20,908 bases of DNA from Candidatus Hydrogenedentota bacterium (GCA_034408725.1 JAWXCN010000210.1:1-20908); one strand, 5' to 3'. Numbered from the stretch's first letter, positions 8,733-17,346 are shown. Translations and numbers: made by a program. Notes: a model not told the origin generated them from the sequence alone.

Positions 8733-9785
8733 CTACTCAGTCAACGGCGCGTCCGGGTTCCAGATCGGCGTGTCCCACCCGGCAATGTCCCCGGGCTTCA
8801 CGCCGCGCCGGAACTCGGTGAAACTGAATGTCGTTGGGTGGTACGGTCCGACGAAAGCGATCTGACTATCCGGTTTGATCTGTTCTTCCATTCCAAGGCA
8901 CCAGAGATGCGCATTCAGCAGCATGCGCCGGAAGCCGTCGTTTAAGATGTCCTCGGAAGCACCCTGCGTTGTCGTAAAGACGCGGGCCTTCTTCCCAGAT
9001 TTGCTCGGGTACTCGCGCACCCAGGCAACGGGCATCGGCTCTTTGGTGGAATCAACGGATGCGTCCTTGTCCATACCGTTTAGCACGACGGCTTTCGCAA
9101 GGACAATGCTGCCTTCAATCGGATCGGCAGTGTAGGCGCCCGCCTGCACGTGCATGTTCGAGACGCCGCGAAGAATCGGGTGGCCTTTCGCGGAGTGCTC
9201 CATCTCCAGCCGCGAACTCTGTTTGTGGTTCTCGCCATAGTGCGTCACCCAGGTTTCGCCGAGGACTTGCCGGCCAAACCCTTTCGTAAATCCCTCGCCG
9301 CCATATTGCCAGTCGTATGCGTGAAACTTTCTGTCGGCCGGAATTTGGAATGCGTGCGTGGACGTGCGCAACCCGATAATCGCTCCACCGCGATTCACAT
9401 AGTCCACGAAATGCTGCATCTCGTCATCGGGCATGTTGATGAAACGCATGAAGACAACCATCAGGTCCGCATCTTTCAGAATATCGAGTCCGCTGACGTC
9501 GCTGCTCCCCGGTTGGACCGCGCCGGTTTTAGGGTCGACGCCAAACACGACGGTACATTTGAACCCGTAGTGCTTTGCCAGAATCCGCGCAAGCGCAGGT
9601 AAAGTCTCTTCCCCGCGATATTCGTGGTCCGACGCGACAAAGACGATATGCTTGCCAGCGCCAATGCCCCCGCTGCCTTCATAGACCACGTGAGATGTCT
9701 CCGCCGCAAATGCGGGCACGCACAAAAGGGGGAACATGAAACCGCACATGAGCCGCCGCACGTTCGATACGGAAAATATTGGCAT
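8733..9785 (-). CDS. Secreted ThuA-like (class I GATase-like fold) domain protein
   Basis: GKHIVFVASDHEYRGEETLP, LKDADLMVVFMRF, YVNRGGAIIGLRTSTHAF, HPILRGV, PVAWVR and RVFTTTQG. Start reassigned to ATG 9785 (AAGGA SD 8 nt upstream). Signal peptide ends AFA. Confidence 0.8.
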   Translation of the reverse strand: MPIFSVSNVRRLMCGFMFPLLCVPAFAAETSHVVYEGSGGIGAGKHIVFVASDHEYRGEETLPALARILAKHYGFKCTVVFGVDPKTGAVQPGSSDVSGLDILKDADLMVVFMRFINMPDDEMQHFVDYVNRGGAIIGLRTSTHAFQIPADRKFHAYDWQYGGEGFTKGFGRQVLGETWVTHYGENHKQSSRLEMEHSAKGHPILRGVSNMHVQAGAYTADPIEGSIVLAKAVVLNGMDKDASVDSTKEPMPVAWVREYPSKSGKKARVFTTTQGASEDILNDGFRRMLLNAHLWCLGMEEQIKPDSQIAFVGPYHPTTFSFTEFRRGVKPGDIAGWDTPIWNPDAPLTE

Positions 9786-9849
9786 AAAATCAGTCCTTTT
9801 ATAGAGGGATGGATTTTTCAGTTTGATCACGTCCGCATTTCATTGTAGA

Positions 9850-12800
9850 TCACTGCTTTGCAACACGAATCGATTGTAAATATGCGATCAGATCGAGTAT
9901 CTCTTCCTTCGTGAAACTGTTCAACAATCCCGTTGGCATGGTCGAGAGCGGCGCGGGGGTCCGGTCTTTTATGGCGCTCAGCGCGAGTTTTGTGCCTTCG
10001 ATATCCTGCAATGGGTTCGTCACTACGCGGACGTATTCGTCATTTTCTTCGACGACGAGGCCGAACACGATGTTGTCCGCGAGGATGTCGTCGCTCTCAA
10101 GATTAAACTGCCAGGATCGATACTGCTCGTTGATCACTTTCGATGGGTCTATGAGTTCCGTGAGCATCGCGTCCGGTTCAAGCGGTTTCGCCGCGTCCGT
10201 GAGATCGGGTCCGATGCGGCCGCCGCTTTCGCGGGGCTGATGGCACACGACGCACGACGCCGCGTTGAACACCGCTTCGCCCTTTTCTTTCGACCGGCCA
10301 TTGCCGGGTTTACTCAAATCGGAGGCGAGATCGGCGACGGTCCATTCCTTGACAAATTTCCGCTCCGGTCCGTGATCGTCGTCCTTATGTTCGTCCATCC
10401 ATTTCATTGGGTCTTCGACAACGTGCATGACGCCGTTCATCAGCATCCAATGGCCGGGGTAGGTACACACATAATCATACGCGCCCAATGCAGTAGGCGC
10501 TGTGAATTCGATGGTTTCTGTCTTGCCCATTGACAACATCTTCGACGCGAAGATGATCTTGTCGCTTTCCGGCGTCCAGTTTTTCTTGATACCGTCCGCA
10601 CCGAGCATCATGGCCGCCATGGCCACCTGCGACGCCGTACCGGGCTGCACGAAAATCATGTTGTGGTCCATCGCGTCCGGATTCGAGAATACGACTTTCA
10701 CCTTCATGCCCGGAGCCACCGCGAACGCGCGCCGATCGTACTTCATCTGCTCCTTGAGCGTCTGAATGTGTACGACCATCGTGTCGCCTTCCATTTTTGG
10801 GTCCGGCGATTTTTCCTGCTTGAGATAATCGTGCGTCAGTTCTCGCGAGGCGTGATGTTGATGCGCGGCCGGTGTCGCCACGGACCCTGCGCCAAGCTGG
10901 CCTTCAAGCTCCCACATATATTGCACACGCTCCGCCGCGCGCTGCGCATGCGGTTCGGGCGAGTGCAGCAGCACGGCGAGCAAGCCTTCGTTGACGACAT
11001 TGTGCTGCTCGTACAACCACAGCGCCTCGAGCAGGTGATGCGCATCTTCCTTCTTGCTGCCGTCGAACTGTTTGATCCAATTCGCGGTTGCCGCGACCAC
11101 TTCCTGCGTGTCGCGTTCACTCAGTTCAGTGCGCGCGCGTAAACGCACGCCGTTCGTCGGGTGTTTCAAAACATCAAGCAGCGCCTCGATGGGCTGTCCA
11201 TCAATCGCCACCGATTCTTCGAGGGGCATGCCTTCGCAGGTAATGCGGTACACGCGGCCATGATCGTGGTCTCGGGCTGGGTCGCGGATGTTGTGTTGCA
11301 TGTGCCCGATGAGCGCGTTCGACCAGTCCGCCACATACAACGCGCCATCGTCTCCAAACTTAAAATCGGAAGGACGAAAGTTTCCATCGCTCGACACGAG
11401 CAGGTCTTCCGTCTCGGCGCCCCACACTACGCCGTCCTTGTTTTCCAGCGTGTACTGCTTGATCCCCAGGAAACCAATGGCATTTAGAATGATGTAATTG
11501 CCGTTGTTCTTTTCCGGAAAATGCGTGCTGGAAATGATTCCGCTCGACGGCACGGGGCGCACCGTCTTTTCCAACAGCGGGTGCATTTTGAAAGTTCCGC
11601 CGCCATCCGTGCGTATTTGGAATGCGTTTCCGGAGGTCGCGTCCGTCGCGTAGTGGTAGCCCCAATAATCGAAGTCGCCGCCGTGCGGGTTCGGATTGTT
11701 CTCCGCGTGAAAGCTGAACCGGTGCGTGCGCGGATTAAAGCGGTACATGCCCGACGCGCCCGACAACTGGGCGCATTGCCACGGCGTCTCGACGTTGCTG
11801 ACGTTGAAGATGCCGCGCTGGTAATAGATGTATCCGTCAGGGCCGTAATCGAAACCATTCGCGGAATGGTGCGTATCGGCGGAATCCATTCCGCTGAAAA
11901 TAATCTCGTGGATGTCGGCCTTGTCGTCGCCATCGGTATCCTTCAAGAACAGAATGTTCGGCACCGATGCAACAACGACCCCGCCATTCCAGAACGTGAA
12001 TCCGGTGGGGTTGTGGACATACGCGAACGTAATCGCCTTGTCCGCCACGCCATCGCGATCTTCATCCGGAAGTATCAACAATCGGTCGAGCATTTCGCGG
12101 TCTGGTTGCCATTTGGGATAGGTCTCCCACGCGGCGACCCAGAGCCGGCCTTTGGTATCCACGTCCATCTGCACGGGGTTCACGAGCTCGGGAAACATTT
12201 CTTCCGATGCGAACAGATTGGCGACCATACCCTTCGCGAGTTTCAGCGTGCTCACGCCTTCTGACGCCGGTACATACGCAAGAGCGCCGTTCTTTTCGCT
12301 CGCGGCGAAATTGGTCTTGACCTCAATTGGATTTGGAACGTTGCTGTCGTCTGGCTTGATTGTTTTTCCGTTCGCAGCCGCCCAAATCACCTTGTCGCGG
12401 TTCGCGGCTTTGATATCGAGCATGACCAGTTCGTGCTGAAGCACCTCGGCGTTCGTCTGTTCGTCCAAAAACTTCAACACGGACCGGTTGCCAAACACAT
12501 CGTTGCCGTCGGTTGCGCGGTAGCGGTTGAACCAGCACCAGTTTTTGTCCAGCACCGCGGCGCGCACGGTCTCGATCTGTTCGTCCTTTGCGGTCTGTCC
12601 CAGCGCGGCCATAATGGCCAGAGCGATTTGCTGGTTGCCTTCTGCATTAAGGTGAACGCCGTTAATCGTCAGCGGCACGCTGTTTTTCTCATAGAGCGCC
12701 TTCGATGCCGTGAACAGGTCCACGAACGAAACCTTCTTCTCTTGAGCAACGCGCGCCATCGCGTCGGTGTAAATGGACAGCCACAAATTATTTTCGCCGC

Positions 12801-13275
12801 CATCGGGAAAATTGCGGGTTTCGAGGTTCTCGTGCGCGATGGGCGAAAACAGCACAATGCGCGGCGTCGATTTGCCGTCGTACTTTTTTGCCAGCGTTTC
12901 ATCGATAAACGCGGCAAGGTCCGACTTGAATTTTTCGGGGTTCCGCGCGAACGTCTCGTTATATCCGAAGAACGCGAAGACAACGTTCGCCTTTACCAGC
13001 GTGAGGTATTCGTCCGGAGATGGAAAACTTTCCTCGCGGGGCCGGTGCGCCACTTCGTCGCCGGTGAAGCCCATATTGCGAATGACCAATTGCTTGTCCG
13101 GGTTCGCGAGTTGGAGGTACGATTCGAGGAATCCGTCGTGCTGCATGCGGTCTGGCAGCGCGTTGCCGATGAAGACGATATGGTCGTTTTTCTCGAAGGA
13201 CACCTGCGCCGATGCGTTACCGACAAACAGCGCAACTGCCGTTATCATCAAAATACCTTTACAGCCAGCTTTCAT
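9850..13275 (-). CDS. PVC-type haem-binding multi-domain protein: signal peptide, SGNH/GDSL-like domain, dehydrogenase-like beta-propeller, HEAT repeats, azurin-type cupredoxin, c-type cytochrome
   Basis: SGNH blocks (IVFIGNA, RNMGFTGD, FFGYNE, NGVHLN). Propeller: LFASEEMFPELVNP...DTKGRLWV...DTDGDDKAD...DGALYVADW...GRVYRI. Cupredoxin: MDHNM...CTYPGHWMLM. Haem: CVVCH, GPDLT, STMP. AAGGA SD. Confidence 0.88.
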   Translation of the reverse strand: MKAGCKGILMITAVALFVGNASAQVSFEKNDHIVFIGNALPDRMQHDGFLESYLQLANPDKQLVIRNMGFTGDEVAHRPREESFPSPDEYLTLVKANVVFAFFGYNETFARNPEKFKSDLAAFIDETLAKKYDGKSTPRIVLFSPIAHENLETRNFPDGGENNLWLSIYTDAMARVAQEKKVSFVDLFTASKALYEKNSVPLTINGVHLNAEGNQQIALAIMAALGQTAKDEQIETVRAAVLDKNWCWFNRYRATDGNDVFGNRSVLKFLDEQTNAEVLQHELVMLDIKAANRDKVIWAAANGKTIKPDDSNVPNPIEVKTNFAASEKNGALAYVPASEGVSTLKLAKGMVANLFASEEMFPELVNPVQMDVDTKGRLWVAAWETYPKWQPDREMLDRLLILPDEDRDGVADKAITFAYVHNPTGFTFWNGGVVVASVPNILFLKDTDGDDKADIHEIIFSGMDSADTHHSANGFDYGPDGYIYYQRGIFNVSNVETPWQCAQLSGASGMYRFNPRTHRFSFHAENNPNPHGGDFDYWGYHYATDATSGNAFQIRTDGGGTFKMHPLLEKTVRPVPSSGIISSTHFPEKNNGNYIILNAIGFLGIKQYTLENKDGVVWGAETEDLLVSSDGNFRPSDFKFGDDGALYVADWSNALIGHMQHNIRDPARDHDHGRVYRITCEGMPLEESVAIDGQPIEALLDVLKHPTNGVRLRARTELSERDTQEVVAATANWIKQFDGSKKEDAHHLLEALWLYEQHNVVNEGLLAVLLHSPEPHAQRAAERVQYMWELEGQLGAGSVATPAAHQHHASRELTHDYLKQEKSPDPKMEGDTMVVHIQTLKEQMKYDRRAFAVAPGMKVKVVFSNPDAMDHNMIFVQPGTASQVAMAAMMLGADGIKKNWTPESDKIIFASKMLSMGKTETIEFTAPTALGAYDYVCTYPGHWMLMNGVMHVVEDPMKWMDEHKDDDHGPERKFVKEWTVADLASDLSKPGNGRSKEKGEAVFNAASCVVCHQPRESGGRIGPDLTDAAKPLEPDAMLTELIDPSKVINEQYRSWQFNLESDDILADNIVFGLVVEENDEYVRVVTNPLQDIEGTKLALSAIKDRTPAPLSTMPTGLLNSFTKEEILDLIAYLQSIRVAKQ

Positions 13276-13311
13276 TTAAATTGTCCTTCGAAGAATTCTG
13301 ATTAATTGATC

Positions 13312-13341
13312 TGGTCTGGCATGTTGGCCCATGCCAAACCA
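13312..13341. promoter_or_regulatory. 12-bp inverted repeat in the divergent promoter region (candidate operator or 5' leader hairpin)
   Basis: TGGTCTGGCATG-ttggcc-CATGCCAAACCA: one DNA mismatch, which is a G-U pair on the minus-strand RNA. Confidence 0.5.
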
Positions 13342-13344
13342 ATT

Positions 13345-13374
13345 ACTCTATGTTGTTTTACTGTCCCGAGGCAA
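13345..13374 (-). promoter_or_regulatory. Candidate promoter for the haem/copper protein operon
   Basis: Minus strand TTGCCT-18 nt-TAGAGT, about 70 nt upstream of ATG 13275. Confidence 0.35.
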
Positions 13375-13399
13375 CACCGCCGGGGTCGCGCGGCTGCTA

Positions 13400-13408
13400 T
13401 GTTATAGT
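13400..13408 (+). promoter_or_regulatory. Candidate extended -10 promoter for the plus-strand cluster
   Basis: TG-t-TATAGT, 38 nt upstream of ATG 13447. Confidence 0.4.
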
Positions 13409-13446
13409 AGATGCATCTTATCGACCTGGAACAAGAGGGCAATTAC

Positions 13447-13950
13447 ATGGACATGCTGGAACCGGCTGTGTTTATGTTTTTTGTGGTTTTTCTGCCAGGC
13501 CTCATTCTCGGTGTAATTCTTGCAACCATTTTGGGATTGGGGCTAATTTGGGCAATCTGGAAAGGGAAGTCGTGGGAAATTGACGAGGATGCCACGCGCC
13601 AAAGGACTTATTTTTCCACGCCAGAGCACCTTCGTTCATTCATTGGTCGTTTTATATGGATTTATACCGGCAAAGGTTTTGTGTCCTTGAATTCCGATTC
13701 GCTGGGTCTCGATGTGGATAATATGATTTGTACGATCCCATTCAATTCTATTGTCAGAGTTGAGATGGGACATTACTCCCGTCTAGCCAAACCGATCACC
13801 CTAAAGTACATCGAAGTGACGTACTCAAGTGTCGATGGCGAGAAAACGATTCTGCTCACGCCGGCGAAGTCGTGGACTGCGCCAGTGTGGTGGACTAACA
13901 AACTGGTAGATAGTTGGGCAGGTCGATTGAGGCAGGCGGTCGAGGTCTAG
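13447..13950 (+). CDS. Hypothetical membrane-anchored protein, AT-rich, possible PH-like C-terminal domain
   Basis: Long hydrophobic N-terminal segment, then a beta-rich domain (GFVSL...TIPFNSIVRVEMG...YIEVTY...ILLTP) and a C-terminal helix. GAGGG SD before ATG 13447; the alternative start is 13411. Confidence 0.7.
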   Translation: MDMLEPAVFMFFVVFLPGLILGVILATILGLGLIWAIWKGKSWEIDEDATRQRTYFSTPEHLRSFIGRFIWIYTGKGFVSLNSDSLGLDVDNMICTIPFNSIVRVEMGHYSRLAKPITLKYIEVTYSSVDGEKTILLTPAKSWTAPVWWTNKLVDSWAGRLRQAVEV

Positions 13951-13951
13951 A

Positions 13952-14602
13952 ATGCGACATACTTCAGTCTGCGTCATCCTAATTCTGAGTGTAAATTTCG
14001 TGATTGCCGCGGATTCCTTTCTTTTCTCCGATGACTTTCGCGGAAAACTTGGACCGGACTGGTCCTGGGTGCGTGAAGACCCCGATGCATGGCGCGTCAC
14101 GGACAACGGCCTCGAAATCCGGGTGCAGCCCGGCAACTTATGGGGTGCGTCGAACAATGCGCGAAACGTCTTGATACACCCCGTGCCTATTGTGAAGGAT
14201 GGCGCGCTGTCGTTAACCGTGAAGGTAGAGAACAAACCCACTTCGCAGTACGAACAGACCAACCTCGTTTGGTATTACGACGACAGCAACATGGTTAAAA
14301 TCGGGCTTGAACTCGTTGATGGCCAACTCAGTCTTGTAATGGGCCGAGAAGAGAACGATAAAACGCAGACGCTGGCACTCACGCCGATAATGTCTACCAC
14401 GCTGCAACTACGGTTGACAGTGCGGGGTTCCAGGATTCACGGTACGTTTCGCGAAGACACCAGTGCGGACTGGCGCGACGCGGGCGAATGCGAACTTCCA
14501 GCCAAAGGCGAAGCGAAGGCCAGCCTGCAGGCGTATCAGGGCCCCGCCGATACCGTGCATTGGGGGAAGTTCACGGAATTCAGAATTCAGCGGGTTGACT
14601 GA
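13952..14602 (+). CDS. Secreted ConA-like beta-sandwich protein (DUF1349 / beta-xylosidase C-terminal-like)
   Basis: Signal peptide, FSDDFRGKLGPDWSWVREDPDAWRV, GNLW, QYEQTNLVWYYDDSNMVKIGLE and LQLRLTV..GTF. GAGG SD. Confidence 0.72.
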   Translation: MRHTSVCVILILSVNFVIAADSFLFSDDFRGKLGPDWSWVREDPDAWRVTDNGLEIRVQPGNLWGASNNARNVLIHPVPIVKDGALSLTVKVENKPTSQYEQTNLVWYYDDSNMVKIGLELVDGQLSLVMGREENDKTQTLALTPIMSTTLQLRLTVRGSRIHGTFREDTSADWRDAGECELPAKGEAKASLQAYQGPADTVHWGKFTEFRIQRVD

Positions 14603-14609
14603 GGCTGGC

Positions 14610-15746
14610 ATGATGGCGCGATATTGTCGGCGCGATTTCTTGAACCGGGCAGCGCTGACCGTGGCAGGTTTAAGCAGCGCGCGATTGTTCGCCGCGGACG
14701 ATCAGCCCGAAGTTTCCTGGCTTGCGGAAGTTCAACAGCCACCTGCAAACTTTCGTCCAACCGGCACGGGGCATTTCGATCCCCTGCTCGTCTCCGGTGA
14801 CAACCAACCCATCACGACAGTGGAGCAATGGCAACAACGCCGCACCGTGTTGCGCGATCATTGGATAAATTTTCTTGGCCCAATGCCGGAACGCCCGCCC
14901 GTGAAACTGGCGGCCGTTTCCGAAGACCGGCCAGAGGGATGTCATCGCGTGCTCGTGCGCTACGAGTGCGAACCAGGACAACTGGTTGAAGGCTACCTGC
15001 TGTTTCCCGACCCTTTGGGAAAAGAGCCGCGCGCGGGTTTAGTCGTGCTTCACCCGACAACGCCGGACACGATCTATGAAACGGCTGGTGTGAAAGGTCG
15101 CGAGTCGCGCGCTTTGGGCCTGCACCTCGCGCGAGAAGGTTTCATTGTCTTTTGTCCGAAATGTTTTCTGTGGCAGGACCCCGCGCTGGATTACAACGAA
15201 GCAGTTGCTGAATTCCAAAAGCGGAATCCCGGCGCGCTCGGTATGCGCAAGATGCTGAACGACGCGCAGGCAGCGGTTGACGTCCTCGGCAGTCTCCCGG
15301 AAGTGGATGCAACGCGCATTGGCGCGACGGGCCACTCGCTCGGCGCGAAGGAAGCGCTGTACCTTGCGGCGTTTGACGAACGCATTCGCGCCGCCGTCGC
15401 AAGTGAAGGCGGGATCGGCCTCGGCTTCACCAACTGGCATGACCCCTGGTATCTCGGCTCAGGCATTCACGCGCCGGACTTCAAACTGGACCACCACCAA
15501 GTGCTCGCGCTGATCGCGCCGCGCGCGTTTCTGATTCTCGCCGGTGAATCCGGTCCCCCGGACACCTCCGTGGCTGATGGCGACCGCTCGTGGCCGTTCG
15601 TCGAAGCCACGCTTCCTGTGTACAAGCTTTACGGAGAACCCGCCCGCATCGGACTATACAATCACCGGCAGGGACACACGATTCCTCCGGAAGCGTTCGA
15701 TCGCATGCGAGAATGGTTGCAGATGTATCTGATGAAAGAGGAATAA
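14610..15746 (+). CDS. Tat-exported alpha/beta-hydrolase (dienelactone hydrolase / acetyl esterase-like)
   Basis: Tat motif CRRDFL, GYLLFP, VVLHPT, nucleophile elbow GHSLG, LIAPRAFLILAGE and catalytic His in GHT. Start reassigned to ATG 14610/14613 after GAGG. Confidence 0.85.
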   Translation: MMARYCRRDFLNRAALTVAGLSSARLFAADDQPEVSWLAEVQQPPANFRPTGTGHFDPLLVSGDNQPITTVEQWQQRRTVLRDHWINFLGPMPERPPVKLAAVSEDRPEGCHRVLVRYECEPGQLVEGYLLFPDPLGKEPRAGLVVLHPTTPDTIYETAGVKGRESRALGLHLAREGFIVFCPKCFLWQDPALDYNEAVAEFQKRNPGALGMRKMLNDAQAAVDVLGSLPEVDATRIGATGHSLGAKEALYLAAFDERIRAAVASEGGIGLGFTNWHDPWYLGSGIHAPDFKLDHHQVLALIAPRAFLILAGESGPPDTSVADGDRSWPFVEATLPVYKLYGEPARIGLYNHRQGHTIPPEAFDRMREWLQMYLMKEE

Positions 15747-15749
15747 ACA

Positions 15750-17345
15750 TTGCGTATCGACAGTAGAGCATCACAATCCGGAATAAATCGCCGCGAATTT
15801 TGCGCGGCGGCGGGCGCAATGGCACTTGGCGCATCCTGTGCAACGGATTCGGTGCGTGGCGCGCAACAAAGTCAGCACCCCAACATCGTGGTGATACTCG
15901 CAGACGATTTTGGCGTCGGCGATATTGTCGGACTAAATCAGGGCGGCAAAATCCCCACGCCATATTTCGATCAGTTCGTGCGCGAAAGTATGTCGTTTAC
16001 GGACGCGCATAGCGGGTCGGCAGTGTGTTCACCGACGCGGTACGGTTTGCTCACGGGCCGCTACGCGTGGCGCACCGTACTCCAGAACTGGGTGCTCGAT
16101 GTCTATGATCCCCCGCTCATTGCGGAAGACCGTCTCACCTTGCCCAAGATGCTCAAGCAACATGGCTATGCCACGGCCTGCATCGGCAAATGGCATCTGG
16201 GATCGATATGGACCGGAGAAGGCGAAGGGCGCGCGAAGCAAGTAGACTTCACTGTTCCGATTCAACAGGGCCCAACCACGCGCGGCTTCGACTATTACTT
16301 TGGAACCGACGTGCCGAACTATCCGCCATTTACATTCATCGAAAATGATCGGGTCGCCGTTCAGCCCACGGACAAAATGGGGCCATACGATGAAATCGTT
16401 CACGTGCGGTTCGAGGGTTCGCCCATGGCGCCGGGATGGCGCTTCGACGAGATACTGCCGGGGCTCACGGAAAAGGCGGTCGATTATATTCACGCACGCG
16501 CGAAGACGCAGGGACCTTTCTTTCTCTATTTCCCCATGACTTCGCCCCATGAACCCGTTGCACCGTCGGACCGGTTCAAAGGAAGAAGTGGCGTTGCGCC
16601 GATCGCCGATTTTCTTATGGAAACCGATTGGTCGGCGGGACAACTTTTGAAAGCGTTGGATGAGGCTGGCATCGCCAATAACACTATTGTGATTGTCGCC
16701 GGGGATAACGGCCATTCCCGGTACACGCAGATGGAGACGCTCACGAAACATGGGCATCTCGCGAACGGTCCGTACCGCGGGCATAAAGGCGAAATTTGGG
16801 AAGGCGGCCATCGCGTGCCGTTCATCGTGCGATGGCCCGGCAAGATCGCGCCGAACACACGCAATAATCAACCTGTGTGTCTGAACGATGTGATGGCGAC
16901 GTGTGCCGCGATAATCAATTTCGAGTTGCCCGGAAACGCCGCAGAAGACAGCGTGAGCCTGCTGCCCATTCTGACGGGCAAAACGAAAGCGCCCGCGCGT
17001 GAAGCGTTGATTAATCACAGTAATACAGGCCAATTCGCGGTCCGGCAGGGACCGTGGAAACTCGTCACAATCGCGGACAAGGAAAAAGCGCCGAAGTACG
17101 AGCTCTACAATCTCGATGTGGACGCCGCCGAATCCAATAATGTCAGCGCGCAATACCCCGAACGCATCGAAGCCATGATCGCATTGCTCGATAAGTTCGT
17201 AACTGAAGGGCGCAGCACGCCCGGCCGGCCCCAACACAACGATACGCTGGATATCGATGTGCGGCATTTGCCGAAAGCACATTGGGCAAAACCGCGCCCG
17301 GACCTGCGACAGAACGGAAACAGATCGGCGATGTCGAACGCCTAA
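15750..17345 (+). CDS. Tat-exported Cys-type (formylglycine) arylsulfatase, S1 family
   Basis: NRREF Tat motif, PNIVVILADD, CSPTRYGLLTGRY, GKWHLG, PH, DNG, KGEIWEGGHRVP and ELYNL. TTG start with an AGAGGA SD. Confidence 0.93.
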   Translation: MRIDSRASQSGINRREFCAAAGAMALGASCATDSVRGAQQSQHPNIVVILADDFGVGDIVGLNQGGKIPTPYFDQFVRESMSFTDAHSGSAVCSPTRYGLLTGRYAWRTVLQNWVLDVYDPPLIAEDRLTLPKMLKQHGYATACIGKWHLGSIWTGEGEGRAKQVDFTVPIQQGPTTRGFDYYFGTDVPNYPPFTFIENDRVAVQPTDKMGPYDEIVHVRFEGSPMAPGWRFDEILPGLTEKAVDYIHARAKTQGPFFLYFPMTSPHEPVAPSDRFKGRSGVAPIADFLMETDWSAGQLLKALDEAGIANNTIVIVAGDNGHSRYTQMETLTKHGHLANGPYRGHKGEIWEGGHRVPFIVRWPGKIAPNTRNNQPVCLNDVMATCAAIINFELPGNAAEDSVSLLPILTGKTKAPAREALINHSNTGQFAVRQGPWKLVTIADKEKAPKYELYNLDVDAAESNNVSAQYPERIEAMIALLDKFVTEGRSTPGRPQHNDTLDIDVRHLPKAHWAKPRPDLRQNGNRSAMSNA

Positions 17346-17346
17346 T

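Noticed and set aside
13317..13336. Sigma54 promoter at TGGCATG on either strand
   Set aside because: The -24-like element is not followed by a correctly spaced TTGC -12 element.
13411..13960. AT-rich gene as an integron cassette or IS cargo
   Set aside because: No attC-like inverted repeat after the stop, no terminal repeats, and no integrase or transposase in the window.
14463..14609. N-terminal extension of the alpha/beta-hydrolase ORF
   Set aside because: It overlaps the upstream gene, and the Tat signal and SD place the start at 14610/14613.
15820..15840. Lipobox in the first sulfatase (LGASC)
   Set aside because: Gly at -3 is non-canonical, so lipidation cannot be supported without a predictor.
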